Source of the DNA: Williopsis jadinii
Taxonomy: Eukaryota
Direction of reading: 5' to 3'
NCBI GenBank assembly: GCA_024346625.1
Contig: AP024665.1
Span: 868,001-932,000 of the forward strand
Length of the DNA: 64,000 nucleotides
Shown: piece after piece, positions 31,660 through 43,219 of the stretch
Numbering within the stretch: the stretch's first letter is position 1
How the letters are laid out: every line of letters starts with the position of its first letter
Notes under the pieces: generated by a model
What the model saw: only the letters and a program-made list of their open reading frames with translations
Databases searched by the model: none
What the model was told of the DNA's origin: nothing
Position numbers and translations under genes: made by a program

Positions 31660-32597
31660 CTAATTTGCCTTAACACCAAGAAGGTCAAGAAATGAGCTCA
31701 ACCACAGCTTCACATCAGTTTCTTCGGCCTTTGTCATCGAGTGAATACCCTTGAAGCGGAAATTCATACCTTTTAAACACATATCTGCAACTTCACTCTG
31801 AACCTTTTTCGGTTTATCCCACATCCTTTGTTTCACCTCATCGGTGATGAGCATCCTAAATTTGTGCCGTATTGCTTGGAGCTTCATCTGCTGTTTTTCC
31901 ACTGTCAATTGAACCTGTCTTCTAGCACTCAAGCTGTTAAAATTATCCAGCCTCTGTTGAAGCAGGGAATCCATGAGATCCTCCTTTGTCGGTTCGTCTA
32001 TAAAGCAGGTGCCCTCCACGTCATTTCTCCTCTTTAGAACCTCATCAATCTTGAGCCGCGATAAATCCAAGAGGAGACATCGTACCCTGGGCTGTTGATC
32101 TTGATCAAACTCTGTGTAGAATAAAAGGTATATATCATCCTTCAGCTTCGCAAGCAGTGCAGCATGGGCGATTCCTCGAGAGACATCCGAGCGGTTCAAA
32201 ACACTCTCAAACATGGACTGAGAAGCTTCGTTAGAGGTATACCTGTGTGTATTACAGTGTTAGTGTATATGTTCAAGAGGAAACACAAATCACACTTACA
32301 CATCGTATGGCTTATCAATAATGGCCCATGGTGGCGTATACAGCGCATTCACAACCCCACACAGCGAACAACACCCTTGCAGCGACTTGATATGATCATT
32401 CACAATCTTGGATCTGGTGGTCCATATCTGGATGCCTTAAAAGTTCATACTGTTAGTCAAATCTGGCACCTTATGCCACGACGGGAAACACCCACTCACA
32501 CACTCAAAAACTCACCTTGGAAGACATCACCAGCATTGACAAAGGCACAATCAATATCACTTCGCACGCTGATGGTGACAAGTAACCGATCAGACAT
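31660..32597 (-). CDS. SLD7: Replication-initiation factor Sld7, 266 aa, three exons
   Basis: Exons 32597-32516, 32435-32300 and 32242-31660. Introns 32515-32436 (GTGAGT...GACTAAC...AAG) and 32299-32243 (GTAAGT...CACTAAC...CAG). The spliced product GIQIWT...TPPW...YDVYTSNEASQSMFESVLNRSDVSRGI parallels the Sld7 N-domain. Divergent from CKA2, as YOR060C is from YOR061W. Confidence 0.85.
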
Positions 32598-32991
32598 GGT
32601 GAGTGATCACTATGCCTTGGTTTCGAGATCTTGGTGTTCACACAGCAAGCACACAGCAAACAACAGGCACACCACTCACACTGAATGGACAACGACTAAT
32701 TACCGTTGGTGATACGAAATTCCCAAACAGGCTTGCGATTTCCGCCATTTTTTTACGCTCTTTGCAACTTCCGAAAAAAAAAGGCGAAAAATACGGATAA
32801 TCTTCGTAACTACGGCAATGGGAAAAATTTAGTAGCCCTGAGCCCCCCGGGTCCCTTATGAAAAAGAAACAAAAAAAACCTTCACCACCTAAGTAACGGA
32901 TATTAGCACAAGACAGCCATCTGGGTAAAAACGGACACTGGAGAGGCAAACCTCAGATAAGGACAAGCCTAAGTACCAACCGCCGTGTGAT

Positions 32992-33996
32992 ATGTCTTTC
33001 CCTAAGTCGAGTAGGGTCTACTCTGTTTCCCGAGTGTACGCGGACGCCAATGAGAAGAGGCCCCGTGAGTATTGGGACTATGAGGAATGCGTTGAGCTTG
33101 AATGGGGTCATATCTATAACTATGAGATCATTGCAAAGATTGGACGTGGTAAATATTCTGAGGTGTTTACAGGTCTGAACATTGTGAATAATCAACCTTG
33201 TGTGATCAAGGTTCTCAAGCCGGTGAAGATGAAGAAGATCTACAGAGAGGTTAAAATTTTGCAAAACTTGACTGGTGGTCCAAACATCGTTGCGCTCTTA
33301 GATCTCGTCAGAGACAGCCATTCAAAGATTCCTGCTTTTATCTTTGAAGAGGTGAAGAACGTTGAGTACAGAACTCTATATTCCAAATTCAAGAAGGCCG
33401 ATATTCAGTACTACTTTACACAACTTTTGATCGCTTTGGACTATGCACATTCCATGGGAATCATACACAGAGACGTTAAACCTCAGAATATCATGATCGA
33501 TCCCTTCCAAAAGAAGCTTAGACTTATCGACTGGGGGCTTGCGGAGTTCTACCACCCTGGTGTAGACTACAACGTTCGTGTGGCCTCAAGACATCACAAG
33601 GGTCCGGAATTGTTGGTCAATTTACACCAGTATGACTATTCCTTGGATATGTGGTCTGTTGGATGTATGCTTGCTGCGATAGTGTTCAAGAGGGAACCTT
33701 TCTTCCGGGGTGAGTCTAACTTTGACCAACTGCTGAAGATTGTCGCAGTCTTAGGTACAGATGACCTATATGCTTTAATGGAAAAGTATGGATTGGAACT
33801 CTCAAAAGAGTATAAACAGGTCTTGAAGCCAACAGCTAGGGTACCATGGAGCCATTTCATCAATGATAACACAAGACAACTTGCTGACGATGACATGATC
33901 GATTTAATTGATAATTTATTGAGGTATGATCACCAGGAAAGACTCACAGCCAAGGAAGCACTTGCACACCCTTACTTCAAAGGCACTCCAAAGTGA
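32992..33996 (+). CDS. CKA2: Casein kinase II catalytic subunit alpha'
   Basis: GRGKYSEVF, VIKVLKPVKMKKIYREVKIL, HRDVKPQN, DWGLAEFYHPGVDYNVRVASR motifs; synteny with SLD7. Confidence 0.95.
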   Translation: MSFPKSSRVYSVSRVYADANEKRPREYWDYEECVELEWGHIYNYEIIAKIGRGKYSEVFTGLNIVNNQPCVIKVLKPVKMKKIYREVKILQNLTGGPNIVALLDLVRDSHSKIPAFIFEEVKNVEYRTLYSKFKKADIQYYFTQLLIALDYAHSMGIIHRDVKPQNIMIDPFQKKLRLIDWGLAEFYHPGVDYNVRVASRHHKGPELLVNLHQYDYSLDMWSVGCMLAAIVFKREPFFRGESNFDQLLKIVAVLGTDDLYALMEKYGLELSKEYKQVLKPTARVPWSHFINDNTRQLADDDMIDLIDNLLRYDHQERLTAKEALAHPYFKGTPK

Positions 33997-34227
33997 ATCG
34001 ACAGATAATGATTTGATCCGTATTCTCTTCTCTCCTACGCTCGCTGACTCATTTGCATATCACTAATTTTTAATTTAACGATTCTTTCTTCCCTTTTATT
34101 CCGATGTCTCATCTATATCTCACAAGGATATTAGAATATACAGTGTTCTCCTCTTTTGAATATGTATTAGTCCTTAAATAAACAAACGCACCTCCAGTAA
34201 TAGTAATTGAATGTCAATGAATACTGA

Positions 34228-36144
34228 TTAAATGAAGTAAAGCCTTGTTCTTCTTCTCTCGATCTTATCATTAGATCTAAGCGTCTCTGTTCCTTGTCCG
34301 TTCAAAAATGCAGTTGTGCACGGCTCACAATATACTTTCCCGTTAACGGTCATGTAATCTTGGTCAATGTGACTTCCACATCCGGTACATTTAAGACATT
34401 CAACATGATAGCGGTCACCATTGTCCCCCTCAAGACACTGACCAACAATACCTTGATCACACACCTGGCACAGAGAGCCATTCGTTAGATGATAGTGATG
34501 TTCACAGTAAGGTAAATCATCCAGCACAAAACACGCAATCTGCTTGTTGAATTGAATATCACACACTGTACATGTGAAGCATTCACGGTGCCATTGCCCA
34601 CTGAGTTCTCCAGATTTCGAATAAATTCTCTTCTTGATGATTTCAAGATGACATTTCCGACAAGGTCCTTCACCAGGTGGATATTTGACCTCTTCCTTGT
34701 TTATAACCGTGTCATCAGGTCTCTCTCGTGGTCGGCTATACAATCCACCGCTCTCCGCATGACGTTTTGGAATGTCTGAGAACAATGGCGACTGAGGTAC
34801 TGAATCAAGGTCACTCGTGGTCTTTTGCAGCTGTGAAAGATATGATAAACGATCCTTCGATGTCCTATTACTATTACGAAGTTTCGATGAAACAGAACTC
34901 ATGGTTAAATCATCCAGTTCCCTCGTAACTTCTTCAAATGCAGCTGTTGTGGTATCCTCAATGTCTTCATAACCATCTTCAGTAATGCGTTCACGGGCAA
35001 AGGTGAAATCTGGGGACTCAGAAATCATAGGTGCTTCAGAGTATATCGAGCTTGCAGCCCTAGATACACGACTATCACGATTGAAAGATTTCGCCACAGG
35101 TGGTTGATAATTGTTGAAATCGTCTTCAACCTCTGGTGGACTGATGTCGAACGTTGGCACCGGGTTCACAAATTGAGTTATTTGAGGTTCTACCAAGTCA
35201 CTCTGGGTATCCTTTGGTGAAGAGACAATCGACTGTGGGAGAGACTTATCACTTGTAGCATCATCACGTCCAATAAGAGGAGACAGCACAGCACTCTGCA
35301 TTGATGGTGGGTAAGATTCTTCATCAGAAAGATTCAGATCGTCATCAAATTCCTCCTGATCTTCGCTTTCATCGTCACTTGCAGTCTTGTATTCATCTTG
35401 ATCTTCATCCGATGTCAAATTCAGATCATCCTCAACGGTTTCGATTACACTTGGATCGTCTTCAAGTTTGAAATCCTTCACAGAAGTCACACTCACTGAT
35501 TCACTCTTCACTTCAGGATCAAAGACACACGTGCTAGTATGTGATTCTTCGTCTTCGTCCACTGGCTCAGAAGGCCTATTATTTGTTGGGGAGTAACTGG
35601 AGGTTCCGTTTAGAGGAACCGTTGTCAAGTCGTTAGCTGTTGTATTCTGAGGCGTTGAGACAGGTGTCTCCAGCTGCGTCGGCTTGGATACGTCTTCTGA
35701 TGGAGATGTTTTCAGCTGTGCGGACTCTGGAAACTTTGAATTTGTTGGAGTATTCCCTGGAGAGGGCAATGGGGTGAGTGACGATTGTACAGGACTCGTC
35801 ACTGACCGAACATTCGTACGGGCAGAGTTTCCAAACACACCATCGCTCTTATTGGAGAACTGAGTGAATTTCGTACCCGGCTGTTTGGGACTTGTGATTT
35901 GCGACATCGATACCGACCTCGAGTCTTGCACTCCCGCTTGACGACGGCCATGTTGATGCACCGGCGGTTTGTAGACATCAAACCCTGCTCTCTCGTACAC
36001 ACTCTTATAGGTGGACGCATTGATTGGGGCAATAGTTGGGAACCGTGAGTTTGGGATCCAGGACACACCTGCTGGGGATCGAATGATATCCTCTGGTAGT
36101 GTCTTAAAGTAAGATGGCTGTTTGGAGTGTCCTTGGGATGCCAT
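34228..36144 (-). CDS. PXL1: Paxillin-like LIM-domain protein Pxl1
   Basis: Long low-complexity N-terminus, YPPGEGPCRKC...ELSGQWHRECF, two C-terminal LIM domains, IERRRTRL end. Adjacent to TGL4 and TVP38. Confidence 0.9.
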   Translation of the reverse strand: MASQGHSKQPSYFKTLPEDIIRSPAGVSWIPNSRFPTIAPINASTYKSVYERAGFDVYKPPVHQHGRRQAGVQDSRSVSMSQITSPKQPGTKFTQFSNKSDGVFGNSARTNVRSVTSPVQSSLTPLPSPGNTPTNSKFPESAQLKTSPSEDVSKPTQLETPVSTPQNTTANDLTTVPLNGTSSYSPTNNRPSEPVDEDEESHTSTCVFDPEVKSESVSVTSVKDFKLEDDPSVIETVEDDLNLTSDEDQDEYKTASDDESEDQEEFDDDLNLSDEESYPPSMQSAVLSPLIGRDDATSDKSLPQSIVSSPKDTQSDLVEPQITQFVNPVPTFDISPPEVEDDFNNYQPPVAKSFNRDSRVSRAASSIYSEAPMISESPDFTFARERITEDGYEDIEDTTTAAFEEVTRELDDLTMSSVSSKLRNSNRTSKDRLSYLSQLQKTTSDLDSVPQSPLFSDIPKRHAESGGLYSRPRERPDDTVINKEEVKYPPGEGPCRKCHLEIIKKRIYSKSGELSGQWHRECFTCTVCDIQFNKQIACFVLDDLPYCEHHYHLTNGSLCQVCDQGIVGQCLEGDNGDRYHVECLKCTGCGSHIDQDYMTVNGKVYCEPCTTAFLNGQGTETLRSNDKIERRRTRLYFI

Positions 36145-36412
36145 TGTACATACACACTCTATGCTATTTCTTCTTCTCTAACTTCTAAAGAAATCGATTC
36201 ACCAACGTACAATATCAACACAATGACTTCCACAGCGTAGTTCCCACAAAGTATCTTCCTTTATGAGCCTTTGTTTACACAACAAACCTGGGAATTAATA
36301 CCGATGGGCTCTTCTTTGGTTTGGACAAATAAACACAAAGAGACAAAAAAAGAAAAAAAAAAAGACCATGGCGCACTGCGCCGATAAAATTTCGCAGCGC
36401 TTTTCAAGAGCG

Positions 36413-36446
36413 ACGCGTCGGTCAACTGAAAACTTTCACCACGCGT
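36413..36446. promoter_or_regulatory. Two MCB elements upstream of PXL1
   Basis: ACGCGT at 36413-36418 and 36441-36446. Confidence 0.5.
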
Positions 36447-37639
36447 AGTGCGTGCGCATGAGAGAGAGAGTACGCAAGTTTAAGGCAACAAATACGGGCG
36501 TAGGAGTCGATTTTGAGAGAGAGACTTTGTAGACAGAAGGCAGTTAGTCGGGATTATGTTAGTTGGATTGTACGGGTTCTCGCGTTTGTAGTCAGTTTAT
36601 GTCGATTATGAGTGAACAATTGTTTGAGCTTGCCTTTCTGGCATTGGTGTGTCTTGGTCTGACCTGCCGGCGCAGGCAAGTCTCACCATTGAATAGTACA
36701 GTTATGATATGTTTACAGTCCACAAGATGAGGGTGCGACGCCCAGATTGGTCTGCTGATGATTCGGAGGTCAACATTGATACGCAGAGGCCTGTTATTGA
36801 ATACAATCTTGGAAGGTAGGCTTGGAGGAAGGCTTGGAAGAAGGCTTGAGCCAGCCCAGTATGTTAGGACAAATCCGAATTGAGCGTGTCGAGGGCCCGA
36901 AAGCGATAAAAAGTACATCTGAATGGCCATGACACTCAGCCCCCAGCATGGACAAGGATGTTGTCATACGTGCTTGGGATGTACGACTTGGTATAGCCAT
37001 TACTGCGCATATATACACATGTCTTCGTGTAAGTCGGCGAAGCAAGACTCCGCACTGTGAATATGTAACCTTCCTAGTAAGCATATCACCATAGCCTTCT
37101 TTAATGGACTGTAAATCAGGAAAACATAAGACTATCCTATCCACGCAACAGAATCCCTATCTACTTACCAAACTATACACCAGTTCCCGATCCAATCATT
37201 GACACAGACCACGCAACTGAATTTATTCGCTCTCAAGTACACCGTCCATTTCCATCAACCCAATCAACATAGACTTATGACGTAATAAAGTAGAGCAGTG
37301 ATCTGTGTGTGCCCCAGGCCCAAAAGTGGTGTCCGGATGTCTTCCAGTCGGAATATTTTAGGTAGTCTCGGCATTTTGGCGATGAGATGTGGAGAAGGAG
37401 AACGACGGAAAGCAGCAGGGCCCTATACCGGGCCCCTCAAAAAGGCTTCTCGAGCAAGAACCTGTGACACATTTTGTAGCGCACAGAAGGTTTACGTATT
37501 AGGGCTCGTAGGTTTCAGGAGAAACAGATTCCAACCTAATCAGCTCTGGGATAATTGCTTTTTTGAAGTTGAAGTTATAAAGTGGACACAAGCTTATAAG
37601 TCCATACTGTTTTAGGGCTTACCATACAACGAGGGAACG

Positions 37640-39940
37640 ATGAGCTCGATAACAGAGTCGCTTGTTAACAAGTACAAGAATACCCATAAGGACGCGTCAT
37701 TATTATCTTCACAGTCAGCAGACGCGTTGAAAAACGACTCGACGGACGAAATTGCATCATTCTGGAGCTCAGTGCAGCATTTGGTCTCATCCACAGCTTG
37801 TGGACTGGCAGAGTTGGTGTACCGTACCGGTAAACAGGATTTCACGGATAAGGAACGGGTCGAAAAGCTTCTTATACAAAAGAAAACAGCAGTATCATAC
37901 GAACAGTGGCTATCTGCTTGTAAGGAGCTGGATGAGCTACAAAACTTGAATGTTTGGAAACAGGAGAAGAAATCAACACTATACGATTGGGAACTCGTTG
38001 AAAAGAATTTGATGGACCTGCGCCATGCTAGGGAATCTGGTGATATCAAGACACTGATATACCTTATACGTACAACCTGGTCCAGAAATGTTGGAAATAT
38101 CGGGAATGAGAACCTCTATCGTCACTCACATATAGGAACAAAGGTTTTAATTGAGGAATACCTGCAGGAATGCCAACTTGCGCTCGATATGGTCACCGCT
38201 GAGGATAACAGTATTGAAGATAAGTATGTTCTTGGAATGCTTACGCAGACGAGAAAAAACATTGGAAGAACTGCGTTAGTGTTGTCTGGCGGTGGATGCT
38301 TTGGTATGTTCCACATTGGTGTCTTAGCTTCGCTATTAGAGACGGAATCCTTACCGAGAATAGTATCAGGAAGCTCAGCTGGTGCTATAGTGGCCAGCAT
38401 CTTATGTGTCCACAATAAAACCGAACTTGTTGAGCTTATCGGAACCATTGTGGAAAAGAACTTCGATATATTTGATGACGTTACAAGCAAAGAGGGTTTC
38501 CTCAGATGCCTGTCCAGACTATTCAAATACGGAACTTGGTTTGATAGTCAAAAGTTGAGGGAAACAATGGTTGACTTTTTAGGTGACCTCACATTTAGAG
38601 AGGCCTATTACAGAACTGGTAAAATACTGAATATCACGGTCTCACCTGCCAGTGTGCATGAACATCCACGCTTATTGAACTACTTAACTGCGCCGTCGGT
38701 TCTGATCTGGTCAGCTGTTTGTGCATCTTGCTCGCTTCCTGGAATGTTCCCATCTTCCACTATCTACGAAAAGAATCCCAAGACTGGCGCAACGCAGGAA
38801 TGGAACCATTCTTCTATTAAGTTTGTCGATGGCTCAGTGTATAATGACCTCCCTATCGCAAGATTATCCGAGATGTTCAACGTTGACCATATCATTGCGT
38901 GTCAAGTGAACCCTCATGTTGTGCCATTTTTGAAGCTATCAGTCAGCTGTGTTGGTGGTGAAGTTGAACCAGGTTACAGTGCTATTCTGAAGACTAAACT
39001 TAGTCAATTATATGGTGTTTGGTCTGCGGAAGTATCACACTACTTGGAAATGTCTGCTGAGATTGGAATTTCAAGAAATTGGTGTACGAAGTTTCGTTCT
39101 ATGCTTTCACAACAATATACTGGTGATATAACCATATTACCGGATTTGTCAGAGGTTACTAGACTCAACAAGATGCTCACGAATCCATCCCCTGAATATT
39201 TGCTTGAGATAACTTTGAAAGGTGCTAGGGCAACTTGGCCAAAAGTCTCCATCATAAGTAACCATTGTGGGTTAGAATTTGCACTGGATCGTGCAATTAA
39301 CAAGCTCAAGAGCAGAAACTTTAAAGACTTAACATCTCATCTGACCTTGGTGAACAAGAACAGCTTTAGCGACTCATCAAAGCTTTTAAAGGCCAAGTCT
39401 GAACAGACCAAGACGAACAGCAAGAATCATGTCCGTCATCGATCTGAGACTCTGACACTGGGTCGTTTGAAGACATTGAGACATGTCCAGTCACATATAA
39501 GCGTCACGACTTCACCCACCAAAAGGTTGACGACCCCAGTAAATCGGTTCCATAGATCATACTCTGCAAGCAACGAAAATGAAGGGAGTTTCTTTTATCC
39601 TAAATCATTTGCTGTTCCAACATCTGAAGCCACTTCACCAGCAGCTACTAGGGGTAGAGATGAATATTTTGTTCAACAAGGGGAATCTCCAACAAAAAGA
39701 GGTGGAACGAGATCTTTGATCGCTAGCAGAAGTTCCAATTTTATCATGTCAACGTCTAGCAGCTCTGATCACCTTTTCCTTGGACCAAGTGGTGCAAAGT
39801 CTACAAAGTATAATAACATTGACGACTCAGACGGATTGTTCTTGTCCAGGAATGATACAGCGTCTCCATCGTACGATTCCCAAATGGATGATGATACGGA
39901 TCCAGTGAAAGTTGCTGACCAGTTGTCGCTTAGCAAATAG
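37640..39940 (+). CDS. TGL4: Patatin-like triacylglycerol lipase Tgl4/Tgl5
   Basis: ALVLSGGGCFG, GSSAG nucleophile, FVDGSV and LSEMFNVDHIIACQVNPH motifs; synteny with TVP38 and PXL1. Confidence 0.92.
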   Translation: MSSITESLVNKYKNTHKDASLLSSQSADALKNDSTDEIASFWSSVQHLVSSTACGLAELVYRTGKQDFTDKERVEKLLIQKKTAVSYEQWLSACKELDELQNLNVWKQEKKSTLYDWELVEKNLMDLRHARESGDIKTLIYLIRTTWSRNVGNIGNENLYRHSHIGTKVLIEEYLQECQLALDMVTAEDNSIEDKYVLGMLTQTRKNIGRTALVLSGGGCFGMFHIGVLASLLETESLPRIVSGSSAGAIVASILCVHNKTELVELIGTIVEKNFDIFDDVTSKEGFLRCLSRLFKYGTWFDSQKLRETMVDFLGDLTFREAYYRTGKILNITVSPASVHEHPRLLNYLTAPSVLIWSAVCASCSLPGMFPSSTIYEKNPKTGATQEWNHSSIKFVDGSVYNDLPIARLSEMFNVDHIIACQVNPHVVPFLKLSVSCVGGEVEPGYSAILKTKLSQLYGVWSAEVSHYLEMSAEIGISRNWCTKFRSMLSQQYTGDITILPDLSEVTRLNKMLTNPSPEYLLEITLKGARATWPKVSIISNHCGLEFALDRAINKLKSRNFKDLTSHLTLVNKNSFSDSSKLLKAKSEQTKTNSKNHVRHRSETLTLGRLKTLRHVQSHISVTTSPTKRLTTPVNRFHRSYSASNENEGSFFYPKSFAVPTSEATSPAATRGRDEYFVQQGESPTKRGGTRSLIASRSSNFIMSTSSSSDHLFLGPSGAKSTKYNNIDDSDGLFLSRNDTASPSYDSQMDDDTDPVKVADQLSLSK

Positions 39941-40102
39941 AGCTCATAATCATGCAATTGTTCATTCCGACTGGTGCTGTTTATGAAGCTACGAATATAA
40001 TTTACCCTCTATAACGAAAGCCCAACCTATTATTACAACTGTTTGTCCAATGGAAAACAAAGCACTTCAGACAGTATTAACTCCAACCTTGGTAAACACT
40101 GT

Positions 40103-41044
40103 CTATATATCGTAACTATCATCGCTATCATGAATTTCTGGCTGTGTATGTAAGCTCAGAACATCAGTATCGTCAACATCATCGTAACCCACTTGTCTCT
40201 CCAACTCATCCTCCGTTCTACCAATGGCACTGTACTCCAATTCCTTTATTCTGTTTGCAGTCTTTGTGAACAATAGCCATCCAGTCAAGGTTAATACCGA
40301 AACTGTCAGGACAATTGATAAAACATCCAATACAATTGACCAAGTATTTGTTGTCTGACCAATATCCTTGAGCTTCTGCCCAACAAACAGGTACATGACA
40401 AGTTTTGGGGAGCTTATGAAACTTCCCAAGAAGTAATTGAGGAGGGTTACGCCCGGAATTGCAGCCAATGCACCGTTACACAGGGAGTATGGGAATGGGC
40501 ATACTCGTATCAAGGCCAAGAGCCAAAAGCTATTGTTATCTTGCAGCACTGAAGATAACGCAAGTAGTTTCTTATTCCCGTTGATTATGGCCTTTGCTCT
40601 GGCTTTCAAGACGTATCTGAATAGAACGAAAGCAGCCACCGAGCCCGATATAGATCCAGCAACGATAATTAACCAGCCTTTGAGTGTGATTCCATAAACC
40701 GCACCCACGACGGTGTTGACAAAGCTGAAACCAATCACTGGTGGGAATGAGATAATGAAGAGCGCACCCATCAGCGCAAAGGGCAACCATGGTATTTCAG
40801 CCCATATCTCCGAGTACTCGGCCACCTTGTGTAAGAGATACTTGTGGTATATCAGAAATAGCACACCCGCAACACTGCCACAACATGCCAATATCACTGC
40901 GATGATTTTACTCCACCACGGTTGTCTATTCCAGACATCCACCGCGGTTCTGGTGGTATTCAGCGCCTCTTCCCTTGCCGACTGGAGAAGTGTACGGAAC
41001 GAAGAGGGCTCATCCTCGAATGGCCCCTGGGTTTCTAACGGCAT
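40103..41044 (-). CDS. TVP38: Golgi membrane protein Tvp38 (DedA/VTT family)
   Basis: SFPPVIGFS, LIRVCPFPYSLCNGALA and SPKL.MYLFVG motifs; multiple TM helices. Confidence 0.92.
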   Translation of the reverse strand: MPLETQGPFEDEPSSFRTLLQSAREEALNTTRTAVDVWNRQPWWSKIIAVILACCGSVAGVLFLIYHKYLLHKVAEYSEIWAEIPWLPFALMGALFIISFPPVIGFSFVNTVVGAVYGITLKGWLIIVAGSISGSVAAFVLFRYVLKARAKAIINGNKKLLALSSVLQDNNSFWLLALIRVCPFPYSLCNGALAAIPGVTLLNYFLGSFISSPKLVMYLFVGQKLKDIGQTTNTWSIVLDVLSIVLTVSVLTLTGWLLFTKTANRIKELEYSAIGRTEDELERQVGYDDVDDTDVLSLHTQPEIHDSDDSYDI

Positions 41045-41674
41045 TGTTGTAGCTCCTACTGTCTCCTTACCTCTCGTTGTATATGATACTCGCAGCTATC
41101 AATTCACCGTTTATAGCAAAGATCGGTATAACGGAAAAGCTCCGTTAAGAGTTATTCCGGTCTCAGAATGTCCCCATCACAGAATGTCCCCACGAACAAG
41201 GACAAAAACCAAAAAAGGACAAATAAACATCCGAAAGGGCAACTTCCGAACTGGGACAAAATGTCCACAATCCAGCGCTGCTTGGATAACTTTGCCTCAA
41301 AGGGAACAAGAAAAATTCCCCCAGCCTTTTGACTCCTGGTGAGACGTCATGGTTTCTTCGGTTTTCTTGATTTCTGCAGCGGTTTTTGTGGAGATTTGTA
41401 AGGTCGCTTTTCTGATGATCGATTATAAGGGCGGTTTAAAGGCCTGTGGATTCTTCCGTGAGCGCATTTAGATCTTCACATACTGGATAAACATCGAGGA
41501 CTTTCAAGCAGACACCTCTGTCGATCGTTGTCTTTCTGCCTATAACTTGCGCCCCCTGCTAGACATTTTGCTTTCTTATCATATCGTTTGTACAATTTGG
41601 ACGGTGGCCTCTTCCAATCTTGCGTATTTGTTTTAGCGCTAGGTGCATTTCAAAGAGCGTTTGCTGATTGATCT

Positions 41675-43219
41675 ATGTCGTTGTGGTATTATACGCCGGT
41701 TGCGATCCACTTGGTGTGCAACAAGGTGAAGTCTGCGTGCAGTGGTGTGCTCCTATTCAATGGCCAGTCCAGCGAGCACTATGTGCTTACGATATGCGAC
41801 GTGACGTTCCCCGAGAGGCAGTCGTATAAGCTCACAGCTCCGCTCTTGATAGACAGTTCATCTGTTAGTTGGGTGCCTTTGGAGCTTGTCGATGTGCGTT
41901 ACTTCCAGGAGGATAACGATGGGACACAGGAACAGAGCTTTTACTCGTTGTTGAAAGGATTCGAAAAGAACAATACCTTCAAGTTGAAACCGTCCCCGAG
42001 CGAGCGGCTATCAGTTCTTCATCTGAAAGTGCCAGAGCGGCTACGGGAGGATATCTCTGTCAAACAGTTGTTTGACGTTAACCTGTTGAAGCCGTTTGCA
42101 TTCAAACAGTCATCGCTTGTCCCCATCCCAACAAAGATCACAATAGATTGTTGTCCATTTAGCTTGACGAACACAGCCTTGTTCATTAACCACAAGCTCT
42201 TCGGGAGCGTCAACTACAAGACCAAAACCGGTCAACTGTACTTCAGTGATGTCAAGTACCTTGATGATACAATTGGATCAGCAGTGACCATGGATTCCAC
42301 TTCATCGTGCCTGGGGTTAGTTGCAGGTGCTTTGTCCAAGACGAACGGAGATGGTGAAATTCTAGTTATCGCATCTTGGGATACCATTTTTGGATTGCTT
42401 AGATATCGGAGCTTTAACTTCTCATCACCGAAAGTGGAACAAGCATTAACCACACAGGAAGCAATGTCCAAGGGCTGGTATGATCCACTGGCATCTGTGG
42501 TTCGTATATCCGTGAACTCATCAGATGGTTGCTTTTGGGGAAGCGGTGTGATCATTAGCAATGACCTAATTGTTACAAATAAACACGTTGTTGAGGAGCA
42601 TTCAACGATTAACGATCTTACAATTTCCGCACCTTACAGCTCTAAGGTGCTGTTGAAACTATCTGACGTTAAAATCGTTTCCTGTCCACTTGTTGGATTT
42701 GACCTCTGCTTCCTTCAACTTCAAAAGCCACTGGCTACAATGAGACCGGCAAAGATATGTGACAGTTATGCTTCAGAGATGCTGTCCTTACAAGTCGGCA
42801 TGCCGGTGACGTCGATTGGGTACGGGTTACTTTTCAACGATGACACAAGCGATTTGAAGCCATTTGTGAATGAAGGGCATATCAACAAGATAATCACTAG
42901 ACACTTGGAGGACCTTACTCACTTGGAAATGACTATGATGATTGTGTCTGCAGCTTGTTGGAATGGATCGTCCGGTGGTGGATTGTTCAACACCAAAGGT
43001 GAGCTAGTAGGTATCATGACTTCTAACGGTAAGTTATCAAATGGAGAAGTGATGGCAAACTTTACATTGTCAATACCTATAAACATCGTTAGCAAATGTG
43101 TCAAGATGTTAAGATCAGGCTCCAAGCCTGTTGAACTTCAAACCACAATTCCTACTCTCTGGTCATTGCAAAACACCCATGATAACATAGACATATCACC
43201 ACTCGCATGGAAATTGTAA
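41675..43219 (+). CDS. Trypsin-like serine protease resembling peroxisomal TYSND1/DEG15
   Basis: WGSGVII, TNKHVV (His), FDLCFL (Asp), NGSSGGGLFN..GELVGIMTSN (Ser), NFTLSIP; degenerate N-terminal protease-like half; C-terminal WKL. Confidence 0.8.
   Translation: MSLWYYTPVAIHLVCNKVKSACSGVLLFNGQSSEHYVLTICDVTFPERQSYKLTAPLLIDSSSVSWVPLELVDVRYFQEDNDGTQEQSFYSLLKGFEKNNTFKLKPSPSERLSVLHLKVPERLREDISVKQLFDVNLLKPFAFKQSSLVPIPTKITIDCCPFSLTNTALFINHKLFGSVNYKTKTGQLYFSDVKYLDDTIGSAVTMDSTSSCLGLVAGALSKTNGDGEILVIASWDTIFGLLRYRSFNFSSPKVEQALTTQEAMSKGWYDPLASVVRISVNSSDGCFWGSGVIISNDLIVTNKHVVEEHSTINDLTISAPYSSKVLLKLSDVKIVSCPLVGFDLCFLQLQKPLATMRPAKICDSYASEMLSLQVGMPVTSIGYGLLFNDDTSDLKPFVNEGHINKIITRHLEDLTHLEMTMMIVSAACWNGSSGGGLFNTKGELVGIMTSNGKLSNGEVMANFTLSIPINIVSKCVKMLRSGSKPVELQTTIPTLWSLQNTHDNIDISPLAWKL

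Noticed and set aside
36808..36850. Degenerate 12-bp repeat (AGGCTTGGA.GA) and overlapping short ORFs
   Set aside because: Looks like a simple slippage repeat, and the ORFs have no protein-like features. It is not CRISPR-like because there are no spacers.
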